Positions 17,601 to 29,600 of a stretch of DNA of 64,000 bases are shown here, piece by piece. Each line of letters begins with the position of its first letter. The stretch's first letter is position 1. The position numbers and the translations under genes are program-made. This DNA is from an uncultured Victivallales bacterium (GTDB lineage: Bacteria > Verrucomicrobiota > Kiritimatiellia > UBA8416 > CAYOBW01). The stretch is from assembly GCA_964402115.1 (NCBI GenBank), contig CAYOBW010000003.1, forward strand, positions 24,086-88,085. Reading direction: 5' to 3'. The notes under the pieces are model-generated. The model was not told the DNA's origin, did not search any database, and worked only from the letters and a program-made list of their open reading frames with translations.

Positions 17601-20600
17601 GTCAGCGGCCAGCACCATGTCCACGCCGGGGCCGTCGAAGCGTACGCCGTCGGCATCCTGCGTGACATAGGACAGGAAACCGGAGAACTGGGTGGTGAAG
17701 CCCAGCAGGTGACCCACTTCATGAACGAGCAGCGAGAGGAGGTCGTAACGCAACGCCACGTCGCTGTCCACGGTCGCCTGGTACGCTCGGTCGCCCTGAT
17801 ACAGCGCATACTCGTCGGACGTCTGCGGCGTCGTATCCATGTACCAGCCCGCGCCGCTGGCATCGCGATCCACGCCGATGTAGCCGGCGACAGGCTCCCC
17901 GTGTGCCCCAAACGCCGTGATCGCGGCATAGCCCAACTGGCTTCCGGCCAAGTCGTGCAGACCAAGCGTCAGCGCAAATGTCGGCGTGTAGCCCAGTGCG
18001 CTGGACCACCATGACAGCGCGGCCTCTCCCAATGCAACGAGCATCGAGTCCGCATTCACGGTTTCAGCCGGGGTTTCCGTGGGCGGCAACGCGACGATTC
18101 CGTCCCCCGTACTCGACTCCGCCTGCAGGGAAATGATCGTTCCCCGATAGCCGCCCGGCATGGCTGTGAACTTGTTGTAGGCGGCATTGATGTCGAGTTT
18201 CCCGCTCTTGAAGAACGGCGCAAACGCTTTGCCGGCGCCGCTGGGATCCCTCTGCATGGCGTTCAGGATTGTGCGCTCGATGATCGCCTGTGCTTCTCCT
18301 ACTTGCGCTTGCGCGAGGCCACCGATCTTAAGGTCTATGTCTGTCGATCCGCCGCGCATGGGCGCTTTAGCCAAATCGGCCGCGCGTCTGAAGGTACGGC
18401 CTTCGACGCCAGACGCCCACATGGCCTGCTGAGCATTCTTGAAACGGGCTCCGGGCATGCCGGCTGTGTAGATATCAAGCACCGCGTCGAGCCGTTCACC
18501 CATATCGGAGAGGCGACTTCCCAGGGATCCCATCAGCTCAATCTGGGACGACGCGGCGGAAAATCCCTGCGTTCCGGTCACCGCCTGCCCGGCTTCCCGC
18601 AGCACGGCCATTTGCTCACCCGAAGCCAAAGTGGCTGTCTTGCTTTCGCGCATCAAGCCGAAGATATTGTCGCTGTGCTTGGCGAATAACTCCTCCACCT
18701 TGCTGGCGGCCGCGCCCTGCACTTCCGGCCATATGCCGCCACTGTTCTTGATTAGTCCGTTGAGTTTCTTGAAGCGATCCTGCGCCTTGAGGTAGAGGAC
18801 CCGCATCTTGGCGCTGGTTCCAGGCGTAGCGGCCAGTTTTCCCATTTGCGCGATAGCACCCTCCAACTTGGCAGATGCGGCAGCCGCCTTGGCGTTGAGC
18901 ATGCTACCCTCGGCGGCGTATTTAAGGTGTTGCCATTGTCGCGCCTTGAGGACCTTGGCGATTTCTCGTACTGGGTCTTTACCCGCCAGTGTGGCCCTGT
19001 TGTAGACTGCGGCCAACTCCGGGAATTCCTCCAACTTCTGGAAACGATAGAACTCCTTGCCTGTCTCCAACATGCGTTCGTAGGGGCGAACGAGTGTATA
19101 GCGAACCCAATCGTCGATACCATTGGCGATTCGGGCCGCATCCCCGACTTTGTCGCTGATGCGAAGCCCCTTGACGGCGGCCTTCATGACCGTCCCAAAC
19201 CCTGATTCGAACACCTTACCCGCGAAACGCGCCACCTTGCCTACACCGCCAATCAACATGATGGGGTCGAGCACAAAGCTGGCGACGTTACCCACACTCT
19301 CGCCGACAGAATAGTAGTCGCCTGACTCAAGCGCTCCCACGAAGTTGCCCAGGAAGGATGCCACCGCCGGCGCGACGACTTCGGAGGTAGCCGCCCCCAC
19401 AAGCGCGACGACACCAAAGGCGGCGGAAGCGATTGACCCCATGCCGTCGCGCTGAGCCCAGTCATACTCCTGGTTGAAGCGCTTCGCCACGATATCCCAA
19501 GCCTTGCCGGTCTTGTCGGAACCGTTCATGTAGTCCTGAATCAGCCAGCTCTGCGGCTTGTACGTGGAGAGCCAGTTCTGGTTGTACGCGAACGCCCCGA
19601 AGGCGTCGCCGACTGTCAGCAAGGTCTCCTTAACCACCGCTTTGCCGATGTCGTAGAGGGCCACGACGCCGTTTCCGAGGGCATTGCCGAAACCTTTCGC
19701 GAAATTGGTGATGCCGTAACTGTCCGGACTCGGCGTAAACAACAGATACGGCTCCGGCAAAGTAACCGTCTTGTTGGGGCTTCCGATTTCCTTCAGTTGC
19801 GCGATGACGGCGGGGTCCATGGGTTGCGATACAGTTCCCGTCGGGTCGGTCATGCCCACCGGGTTGTTCTCGACAAACCGGTAAAGGTTCGTGTCGCCGG
19901 CGTCGAGTCCCAGCGGATCAAGGCTGATGAAACGCCCGCCGACGGGGTCGTAGTAGCGGGCGCGGAAGTAGTAGAGCCCTGTCTCCGCGTCCAACTCACG
20001 CCCCTGATAGAGGTACCGCGAGGTAGTCGTCGGCGTTGACTGCGAGGCCACGCGACCGAAGAGCAAATACTTAATGTGGTTGACCAGAGCGCCGGCATTG
20101 TCCACCAGATCCGTGGTGCTGTTGACCTGGTCTGTCAACCGCCAGAGAACCAACCCTTGGCCGTTATCCTGCGCCAGGGTCTGGTCGGCGCCTTCGCCGC
20201 CGAAATAGACCCACGCCAGGGCTGCATTCGCCGCACCCGGGGCGCGCACGCATTCGACCAGGACATTCACACCGTCGTAGAGGAAGTGCTCGGCTGCCGC
20301 GGCGACACCGTCAGTCGGCGTTGTGTCCACGCGACGCGCTATCCGGCGATCGAGGACGTCGTATGTGTAGTCGGTCCGCTGGCTGAGCGTGTCGTTGTGG
20401 TCGTACTCGACGACCGTGGTCAAGCGATTGCGGTAGTCCCACGTATAGACGCGCTTCGCGCCACCCGCAATGGCCGTTGCTGTCGCCAAGTTGCCAGCTC
20501 CGTCGTACGTGTAGGTATACACACCATCGGACATGACACGGTTACCGGTGCCCAGCGTCACGTCGGTGCGGTTGCCGTTGGCGTCGTAGGCGTAAATCTC

Positions 20601-23600
20601 GGCCGCACGGCTATCGCTGTACGTGACTCCTGTCACCTGTCCCGAGGCGTCGCGCGCGTAGGTACGGGTACCATCGACGTCCGTGACGGTCATGATTTGC
20701 CCGGCAGCGTCATAGGTAAAGGAGAAGCTGTTCAGGGCCGAAGCGCCCGACGTGTGTACGATCCCTGCGAGCCAGCCGGACTGGGGTTGATAGGTGTAGG
20801 TTGTGCTGGTCACAGCCGAACCGGTGCCCAGCGAAGCGTACCGGTCTACGCCCGTCAGTTGGCTGTCGGCGTTGTAGCTGTAATGCACCGCCTTGTCCTG
20901 CAGCCCGGGGCCGAACTGCGACATGTCCGTCCGGCGCCGGAGCAGGTCGTAGTCGTAGAGCGAGGTAATGCTGCTGAGGCCCGTCACGCCACCCACCGTG
21001 GCAGACATCATCGTGAGGTTGTGCCCAGCGTCGTACGTGTAGATCAGCACCAGGGTCGGCGCGCCGGGATTGGTCGCATCCTGCCGAATAAGTTGCCCGT
21101 CGTCGTTGTACTGGTATACGTACGAACTGAAATCATCGTCTGCCGTCAACAACCGACCCTCGGGATCGTACGTCCAATGCGCAGCGTACGATTCGCCAAC
21201 CCAGACTTCGTCCGTCTTGCGGCTACGTCTATCGTAGGTGAACCGTCGTGTCCGACCATTTCCGTCTGTGATCGTCTCCGTGTTCCCGGCGTCATCGTAC
21301 GTGTAAGACGTGCTTCCGGCGGGTGAGGTCTCGGTCTTAAGCTGGCCACGGTCGGTGTAGGCAAACGTCGTTTCATTGCCGAGGGGATCGGTCACGCTCG
21401 TCCGTTCGCCAGCGGCGTTGTATTCGTACAGCGTCGTCCCCGTGGGCGTTACTTCCCGAATCAGGCGACCCAGCCTGTCGTAGTACCAGGTTGTCGTGTG
21501 GTCATTTCCGTCCGTATACGTATTCTGGAGACTGCCGTACGTCCACTCCTGCGTAGCGCCGCCCCGCACGGATTGGAGGGTTTGCCGGTTCAGCCGGTCG
21601 TAGTCGTAATCGGTGACTCGACCCTGCTCATCCATGAGCAGCGTCAGGTTGCCGTTGGCATCATACTCGCGTGCCTCGGACAGGCTGTCGGGACCCGTCA
21701 CCGTCTTCTGCCGCCCCACCCCATCATACGTGAACGTGGTGACGCGCCCGAGTTCATCGCGTACGCTCTGCAGCAGGCCATTGTCGTAATAGAACAGGTT
21801 CTGCGTATGACCCATCGCGTCCTTGATTTCGGTCTGGCGATTCAATGGATCGTATTCGAAGCGTTCAGTCTTCCCGGCGAAGTCGGTGACGGCCTTCACA
21901 TTGCCAACGGCGTCATACGTGGTGACACTGGTTGCCCCGGTGGGATCGATGACGTGCGTGCGACGGTTGAGTTGATCGTATCGGTATAGGGTTGCATAGC
22001 CGCGCGGGTCAGTGACTGAGGTCTGATTGCCAGCCTTGTCGTATGTGTATGAGAAGGCCGCCTCGTCGGCTGAACCCTCGGCGTAGGTAATCTTGGTCAC
22101 TCGATGCAACGCATCGACGTCGTACTTCGTGCGGCGTCCCAGCGGATCAATCTCCAGCGTCTTGTCGCCAACCCTGTTGTACTCGTACTGGGTTGTCTCG
22201 CCGTCCATGGTTGTCCGCACCAGGCGACCGAAGGCATCGTACTCGTTTTCCGTCAGCAGGCCGTGCGAGTCGAGGGACCACTCGACCAGCCCGTCGAAGC
22301 CATAGGTCCACGTCTGCTGTTCAGCCGAGCCTTGCGCGCGGATGAGGAGCACTTCGCGGCCTGCGTTGTCGTACGCATGGAACGTCACCGTGCCGTTCCC
22401 ATCCCACTCTGACACGATGTTGCCGAAGTCGTCCCGCTCCGTCCGTGTGGTCACACCTTCGGGGCGATTCGTCGCTTTGAGAGAGTTGGCGCCATCGTAC
22501 TCGAACGTGGTCCTGTTGCGCAGCGCGTCCTCCTCAGCTTCCAGTCGACCGAGGTCGTCGTAGAAACGCTTCTGGATGACAATTCCACCGCGAGAGACTG
22601 ACTTGATCCTGTCCCCGTCATCGTAGGCATACGTCGTCGACCGGTCGAGCGCGTCCGTCACACTCTCGATTCTGCCGAGTTGATCATAGCCTGTGACTTC
22701 GGTCTTTCCGTCGGCACGTGTCGTTACGGTCAAGCGGTTACGCTTGTCGTAGTCGTACCGTGTCGTGCGATTCTCGCCGTCAGTCACGCTCTTGACGTTG
22801 CCCACCAAGTCGTATGTCTGCGAGACAACGACCCCGAGCGGGTAGGTCGTGGTGATGACCCGATTGAGGGCGTCGTAGCCGTAGCTGGTTACATTCCCTT
22901 CGCTGTCGGTCTGCGACTGCAGCCGGCCCTTGGCATCGTAGTCAAGCTTCTCCTGAACAGTCTGCCCGCCACCCGTGTAGGTGATCGTGCGCACCCGATT
23001 AAGTGCGTCGTACGTGTACGTCTTGACGAGCCCTCGCACATCCGTCTCGGTCTTGACGTTGCCGAGCAGGTCGTAGGTGTAGCTGGTGGTGCCTTCCCCC
23101 GTGATGACGGAGGTCCTGCGGTTCATCTTGTCGTATTCGTATCGCTTAAACTGGACGCCGCGTCGCTCTGACTCCAAGTTGCCATACTTGTCGTAGGCGT
23201 AGGCGGTCGTTGCCTCCCGGTCCGTGCCGACGGCGTCGACCGTGCTCGCCACGCGGGCGGTGGCAGGGTCGTACTCCGTCCCCGTCACGACTCCGCCCGC
23301 GCTGCGGTGCTCCAGAAGCAGACCGGCCGGGTCGTAGTCAAAGGTTTCGTACGTGCCATCCGGAAGGTCTACACGGGTCCGCCGATTCAGCGGGTCGTAG
23401 GTGCTCTCGGTCTCGCGATTCAAGGCGTCGATGAAGAAGGTCTGATTGCCGTTCTCGTCGTACTTGAACGTGTGCTGTGTGCCGTCCGCGAACTTGACCC
23501 CCGTCCGCCGGCCCGCGTCATCGTAAGTGAATTCCGTGCGCCGCCCCTCCGGGTCCACTTCCGCCTTCACACGTCCTACCTTGTCGAGTTCGTATGTGGT

Positions 23601-26600
23601 TGTAGCGGTGTTGGAAACGGTTTGCCCCTTCAGGCGACCGCGCTTGTCGTACTCGTACTTGAACAGAAGACCGCTGATGTCCGTCTTGTCGGTCAGCCAC
23701 CCGTTCTTGTTGTAGACATACGTTTCCGTGGCCGCGCCGCTGCCATAGCTTACGGTCTTGGGTTTGTCCAGATCGTCGTAGACCGTCACGGTGACGTAGC
23801 CCAACGCGTTCGTGATGCTGGTACGACGCCCCATGGCATCGTAACCGTAGCTTTCAACTCCGCCATCGGCGAACTTCGTGCCCTTGAGCCGTCCCTGCCC
23901 ATCGTACTCGTTCGTCGTGGTCAGACGACCGTTGACCCTGATGGTCTCCACCTGGCCGTCCTTCGTGTACGTATACGCCACACGTCCGGTCGGACCGTCG
24001 GCGGTGATGAGCCGATTGCGCTCGTCGTAATCGTAGGTTGTGGTCCGCCCGAGGGCATCCGTCTTGCTGCGGAGATTGCCCAAGCTATCGTACCGGCTGA
24101 CGTTCGAGTTACCCAGGGAGTCGGTGACAGTCAGGGGGTTGCCGAGGACGTCGTAACTCGTTGTAACCGAGTACCCTCGCGCGTCCTGACTCGACTTGAC
24201 GTTCCCCATGTCGTCGTACTCGTTGACCCGAGTGTTGCCCAGCGGGTCGGTTGCGGAAACCGGCCGATTCATTACATCGTACCGGGTGATCCAGCGCTTG
24301 CCCTCCTCATCGATCCGCACTTCCGGGTTACCGTAGTCGTCATACTCGCACCCGTTGCTGCTGCCGTCGTCAAATGTCACCTGCACCAGCCGTCCGTACT
24401 GGCCGTACGTGTAGCTCGTCTTGTACCCCATGGGATCGGTCATCGTCGCGACCTGTCCGTTCCCGTTGTAGGTGAGGATCGTCTTGACGTCCCCGTAGTC
24501 CGAGGTTTCGAGGGTGGATTCCGTTCGGTTACCATTCGAGTCGTACTTGTACCGTGTAACGCGGCCCAGAGGGTCTGTGACCGACAGGATCTGGTTGAAA
24601 CGATCTTCGTAGGTGTAGGTCGTCGTGCTGGTAACGCCCGTCTCGCTGTCGTAGCGGGCCAGCTTGAGCAGGAGCCCCTTGCCCTGATCGTCGTAGGTGT
24701 ATGTGGTGACGTTCCCGTCGGCATCGGTCTTGCTGACGGGTTGGTTGTGCTCGTTACGCTTGACCTCCAGAAGGCTGCCCAGGAGGTCGACGCCTGACTT
24801 GTAGTAGCCAAACTGATCGATGATGTAGGTTCGCCGCTGCCCCTCCTCTGTGACGAAGACCGCCTTCGGCTCGTCGTCCAAATTCACAGCCAGCGGAGCA
24901 TGCTTCGGATCGCGGGTGTCGAGGGGATTGTAGAAGCCGAGCAGTTGGGCCGGCAGCAGTTCTGAGGCACGCTTGCCAAACGCACTGCCCCCGATCACGC
25001 GACCCGAGTTCTTCCCTGTCGGGCCATCGTAGAGGATCGTGTCCGTCTGGTTGTTCTTGTCCTTCTGCCCCACGAGATGATGTTCCTCGTCGTAGTAGAA
25101 CTCCCGAATTGTTCCATCCGGGTCTTCGATCGAGATTAGATTGCCCTTGCCGTCCAACTGCAACCGCGTGGTCCGGCCGAATGGGTCGATGATCGTCACG
25201 CCCGAGGAGGAGACGCTGATCCGCGTCCGCAGACCCACGGGGTCCGTGACGCCGCTGAGGTCGCCGGCGGAGCTGTAATCGTACCTGGTCTTGTTGCTAT
25301 TCCTGTCGCGCACCTCCACCAGTTTCAGGCGTCGCGGCAGACCGGTGACGTTAAGCGCTGCACCCTTCTTCTCAACGTCCTCGAACCGGTAGACTGTGCC
25401 GTCAGGCATGGTGCGCTCGTAGCTGCCGTCCGCCAGTTGCCGCAGGGCCGAGAAATCACCAGGCTGTCCGACCCATGGATCGCCAGCGACGGGTGGCGGC
25501 GCGAAGGAGCTCTCATCCCCATTCCCGTTGACCAGCAAGACTCCGCCGGCGTCGAGGTTCTCATACAATTCGTAGTATCCCTCAAGCCCCCAACCGGCGC
25601 CAAACGGGCTCTTCTGATAGTTGACAACAGCCATCGTCCCGACATCGGGGGTGAAGGCCCCGTCAACGAAGCGCCCGTTGACTTGCTGGAACAAACCCGT
25701 CTCCAACGTGTAGCGGTAAAGCCCGGTGTAGGCGTCGCTCAGGTCAATCTGGATCGCCGCACTGATGTTGTCGGCGCCAGGTACGCTGAAGAAGTTCTCG
25801 CCGCCACGCAGACCCATCGCCGCGTACTCCTCCGTCAGGACAAGACCGTCAGCCTGCGTGATGTAGTCGCCCAAACGGGCATCCAGCCGAGCGATCAGGT
25901 ACTGGCCCATGTACTTGACCGGCACATCGGCGTAGGTGAAGTGGAGGATCGGCTTGGGATCGGCACGCAAAGAGTCGTAGTGCAGGGTCAGACCGCGTGC
26001 AAGGCCGAGGGATTGATAGGGCACGACCGAGTGGGTTTCGTGCAGCACGCCCGAGTGCATCTCAGCCACGGCCGAAATGCCGACCGGAACGGTTTCCGGC
26101 GCACTGCTCAGGTTCATGTCGCCGAGGGCGGAGCGCATGTTGTACGCGTTGTCCATCGTAGGCATCAGGGTCCCGGTGGCCGACTGCACGGAGATGCCAC
26201 GCGGGTTTCCGCCGATCTCGATGGGTGTGAACTGGTTCGGCTTGCTTTGCCAGTAGTAGTTGAATTTCGACACACCGAAAACGAGCCGCCCCCCGACGAA
26301 CTGCGCCGCGCCGCCCGCACTGACTACCTTCTGCTCGCGGAACGTGTACTCGTCACGCTTGAGTTCCCTCTCACCCGTCGAGAACGTGCCAAAGGCATAG
26401 AAACGTGCGTCCGCCGCCGTATCGATCATGTGATTGATGTCGTCGATCGGAACCCGCCAGAAATCCGTCTGGGAGGGGTCAAACTGCACCTGCGAATCGC
26501 CTTCCAGCGTGGCGATAATCTGAATGATGTCGAAACCGAAGACGCTGTCTACGCCCGGATAGGCGGCGTAGAGGGTGCCCGTCGAAAGCGAGGCGGCCAG

Positions 26601-29600
26601 GTTGTCAGGGTAGGAGTACGGGACGGGACGCGTGGCCGCGGTGATAGTCGCACCCGCTGCCAACGGATCGCGGATGATGCCCACATTGCCGCCAGCCGCC
26701 ACCGCAACAGGGATTTCGATGGTCGCCGACTTCAGCCCCAGTTTCTGCCAGACGCCATCCGGGAAGGTATACGTGAAGGACGTGAGAAGTGGTCCCAGGT
26801 TGGGGTCACGCTTGGGATCGCCCTCCCACGTCCGGTTGTAACCTGTCACGAAAGCGTAGGCGGGATGATCCTTGCCTATCTCCTTCTTGAACGTATTAGG
26901 CGCGATGTACACGACAGCCTGGGCGTTCGTGACCGAGAAGAACTGCTGGTAACGTCCGCCCACGTTCCCGAAAGGCAAGAGATCAATGTAACTGGGTTTC
27001 TCATGAATGCCAGTTTCCGGGTTGTAGCGCAGGACGCCCACGCCCTGCGTATCGCTCCGGCGATCCGTGAAGAGCATCACGTTGGCATCGGACGTGGCGG
27101 CCACGCCGTACGGTGTGGGGCCAACCGCAATGACTCGGCTCGCTTTGTTGGTGTCAAACTGCGGATTGCCGAGAACGGGATCTGCCGGGTTCGTCGGCGT
27201 CAGGCGCGCAGCGTACGGATCGACGTCCTTTGCGACACTCAGGTCCGTGTCGATGACAATGATATGGCCAGCTCCGGTCGGCGCCGCGCCGAAGAGGTCA
27301 GCCGCGGGAGCCGCCACATAGAGCCGCTTCTGGTCGGCACTGAGCGCCAGGCCGCGCAACCCCACGGGAGCGGGTCCAACCGCAATGGTGCGGACATGCT
27401 TGTTGTAAGACCTTGAGAACGGGTCGATGTCGATGACGTAGACGTTGCTGATGCCATCCGGGGAGGCTGACGCATCGGAAACGTAGGCGTACTTGCCAAG
27501 TTGGTCCACGGTGATCCAGAACGGGGCCGACCCGTCCGGGAGATTGATGTGGTTGAGCCCCGTGGTTTCTGGCTCACCCGCCTGGTCGGGTAGCACGTCG
27601 ATCTCGTGCAAGGCTTGCGCGTCCAGCACGGAGACACCCGAATGCCCCCACAACGTAACGTACACGCGGGACAGGTCGGGCGTGATGGCTGTAGCCCGCG
27701 GGCTGCTTAACTTGTAGTTTGGATCGACGTAGATCTTCGCCACTTCGATGGGTACGTACTTGCTCGCGTCGCCAGCGCCCTTGATCGCCTCGGTCCGCGT
27801 GGTGTCCACAACCGTCACGTAGCCGCCCGTCGCGTCACCTGAGTTGGCCGCAAACAGGTACTTCGTCTGCCGCAACATGCGCACCGTCTCGCTCCAGAGC
27901 GTAACGGTGGTAAAGCCGGTTTGGGTACTCGAACGCGTAACGAAGCGTCCGACGGCGATTCGCGACACGCCCAGCGTCACCGTGTTCGGCACTTTCAGAC
28001 GGATTTCGCCGGATCCCAACGTCAAACCGCTTCCCGTCACGCGAACATCCAGCGCACCCGCCTGAATGATTGAACCGTCCTCCGCGAAGCCATCCTGCAT
28101 GCCCATGACAAACGTTACAACGAAATCCGCGGCTGCACCCACGAACTTGCCTTTTATGACCAATTCAGGTCCCGTCGACGTTGTTTCCATGCTTGCCGCA
28201 GTGACGACTGGCTGCACGGGGTTCTGCGTTACAAAAGGCCTTGGTGTGACGACCGCACCGAGATTCTTGGCGATAGGCTTTTCGTCGGTTCCTTTGACAA
28301 ACTGAACGTTCTCGCTGGTCTTCGCGACATAACTGCTTTCGTTGGTCGCGCGATACGTCAAGGTGGCCTCCAGGCCGGCGACGGGGATCGCGAAGTCGTT
28401 GAATAGACCGGGGATCACATGGTACTTCTTCCCGCCGGTGGGTGTGTCGACCACGATGTCAGTACCAGATCCGCCCATGTTCCCCATGGCCAAAGCGGCC
28501 GTTCCAAAGGAAGGAGCGCCCACGAACATGGCACCGCCGACGTTGGGACGCATGGCAATTCCGGTCGAGTCCACGGCCCAATCGCCATTGTGCCGCGCAT
28601 ACGGCGGTGACGTGGTGCGGGCGTAGCCATCCGCGCCGACCACCAGGCGGTCGACGATCAACCAGGAATCCTCGTACTGATCCGGTCCCAGCACCGTACG
28701 AACCGGCTGGAACAGGAACATGACGTCGCCAACCGCATACCCTGCGGGGGCAGGAATGGCGGCCGAGAAGTCCGCACCTACAGCGTCACTGCCGGTATCG
28801 AGAGCAAAGCCACCCTGGAACGACCAGCCACCGGGCAACGCATACGGCATATCGGCTGCGCTCTTGGACGCAACGGTCACGGTCGTGCCTTCGGGCAGAG
28901 CGCCCGCACCAAAGCCAATCACGGCGCCACCCGGCGCGGCAACCAGGGCGCCGCTGCCGCCGACGGTTCCGCTGTTGGCCGTGGGCGTAAGCACGCTGAT
29001 GGGCACTACGCGGCTCTGGCCGCCCAGCACCACGGTAACCTCCGTGACGCCCTGGGCCAACGCCGTGAGCAGCCCGTCAACGGTGATACTAGCCACGCCC
29101 GCCTTGGCAAGATAGTAGACCGTTCCCTGCGCGGCGGCGGAACGATCCACGATAGTGGCGATATCCACCTTCTCGCGAATGACGAACTGGCGTGTCTCGC
29201 CTACGGTCAGTGCGTACGTCGATGGGAAGAAGTCCAGCAGCGCCATGTCGGGATCGCCAACAGTAACAGGTGTGGCAGCAGTGCAGCCCTTGGCCATGAT
29301 GACGATGGTCGTGATCCCGTTGGCGAGTGCCACGACCTGACCATGCGCGGTCACGCGGGCAACGGCCGGCGACAGCGATTGGTACGTCACGTAGTTGGTC
29401 GGCAGGGCAAGTTCCGAGCCATCTGCGAGAATGCCGATCAGGGTCAGATTTACTACATCGCCGATAGCGAGGACTCGATCGCGCTGGCCAATGTGGATGG
29501 TTGTGAAGACCGGTTCGGTCACCGTCACCGTCACCGCTGCGACGGCGGATGTCGCCAGCCCATCGTCTGCCCGCAGTTCGAAGCCGGCAGCGCCGACATA

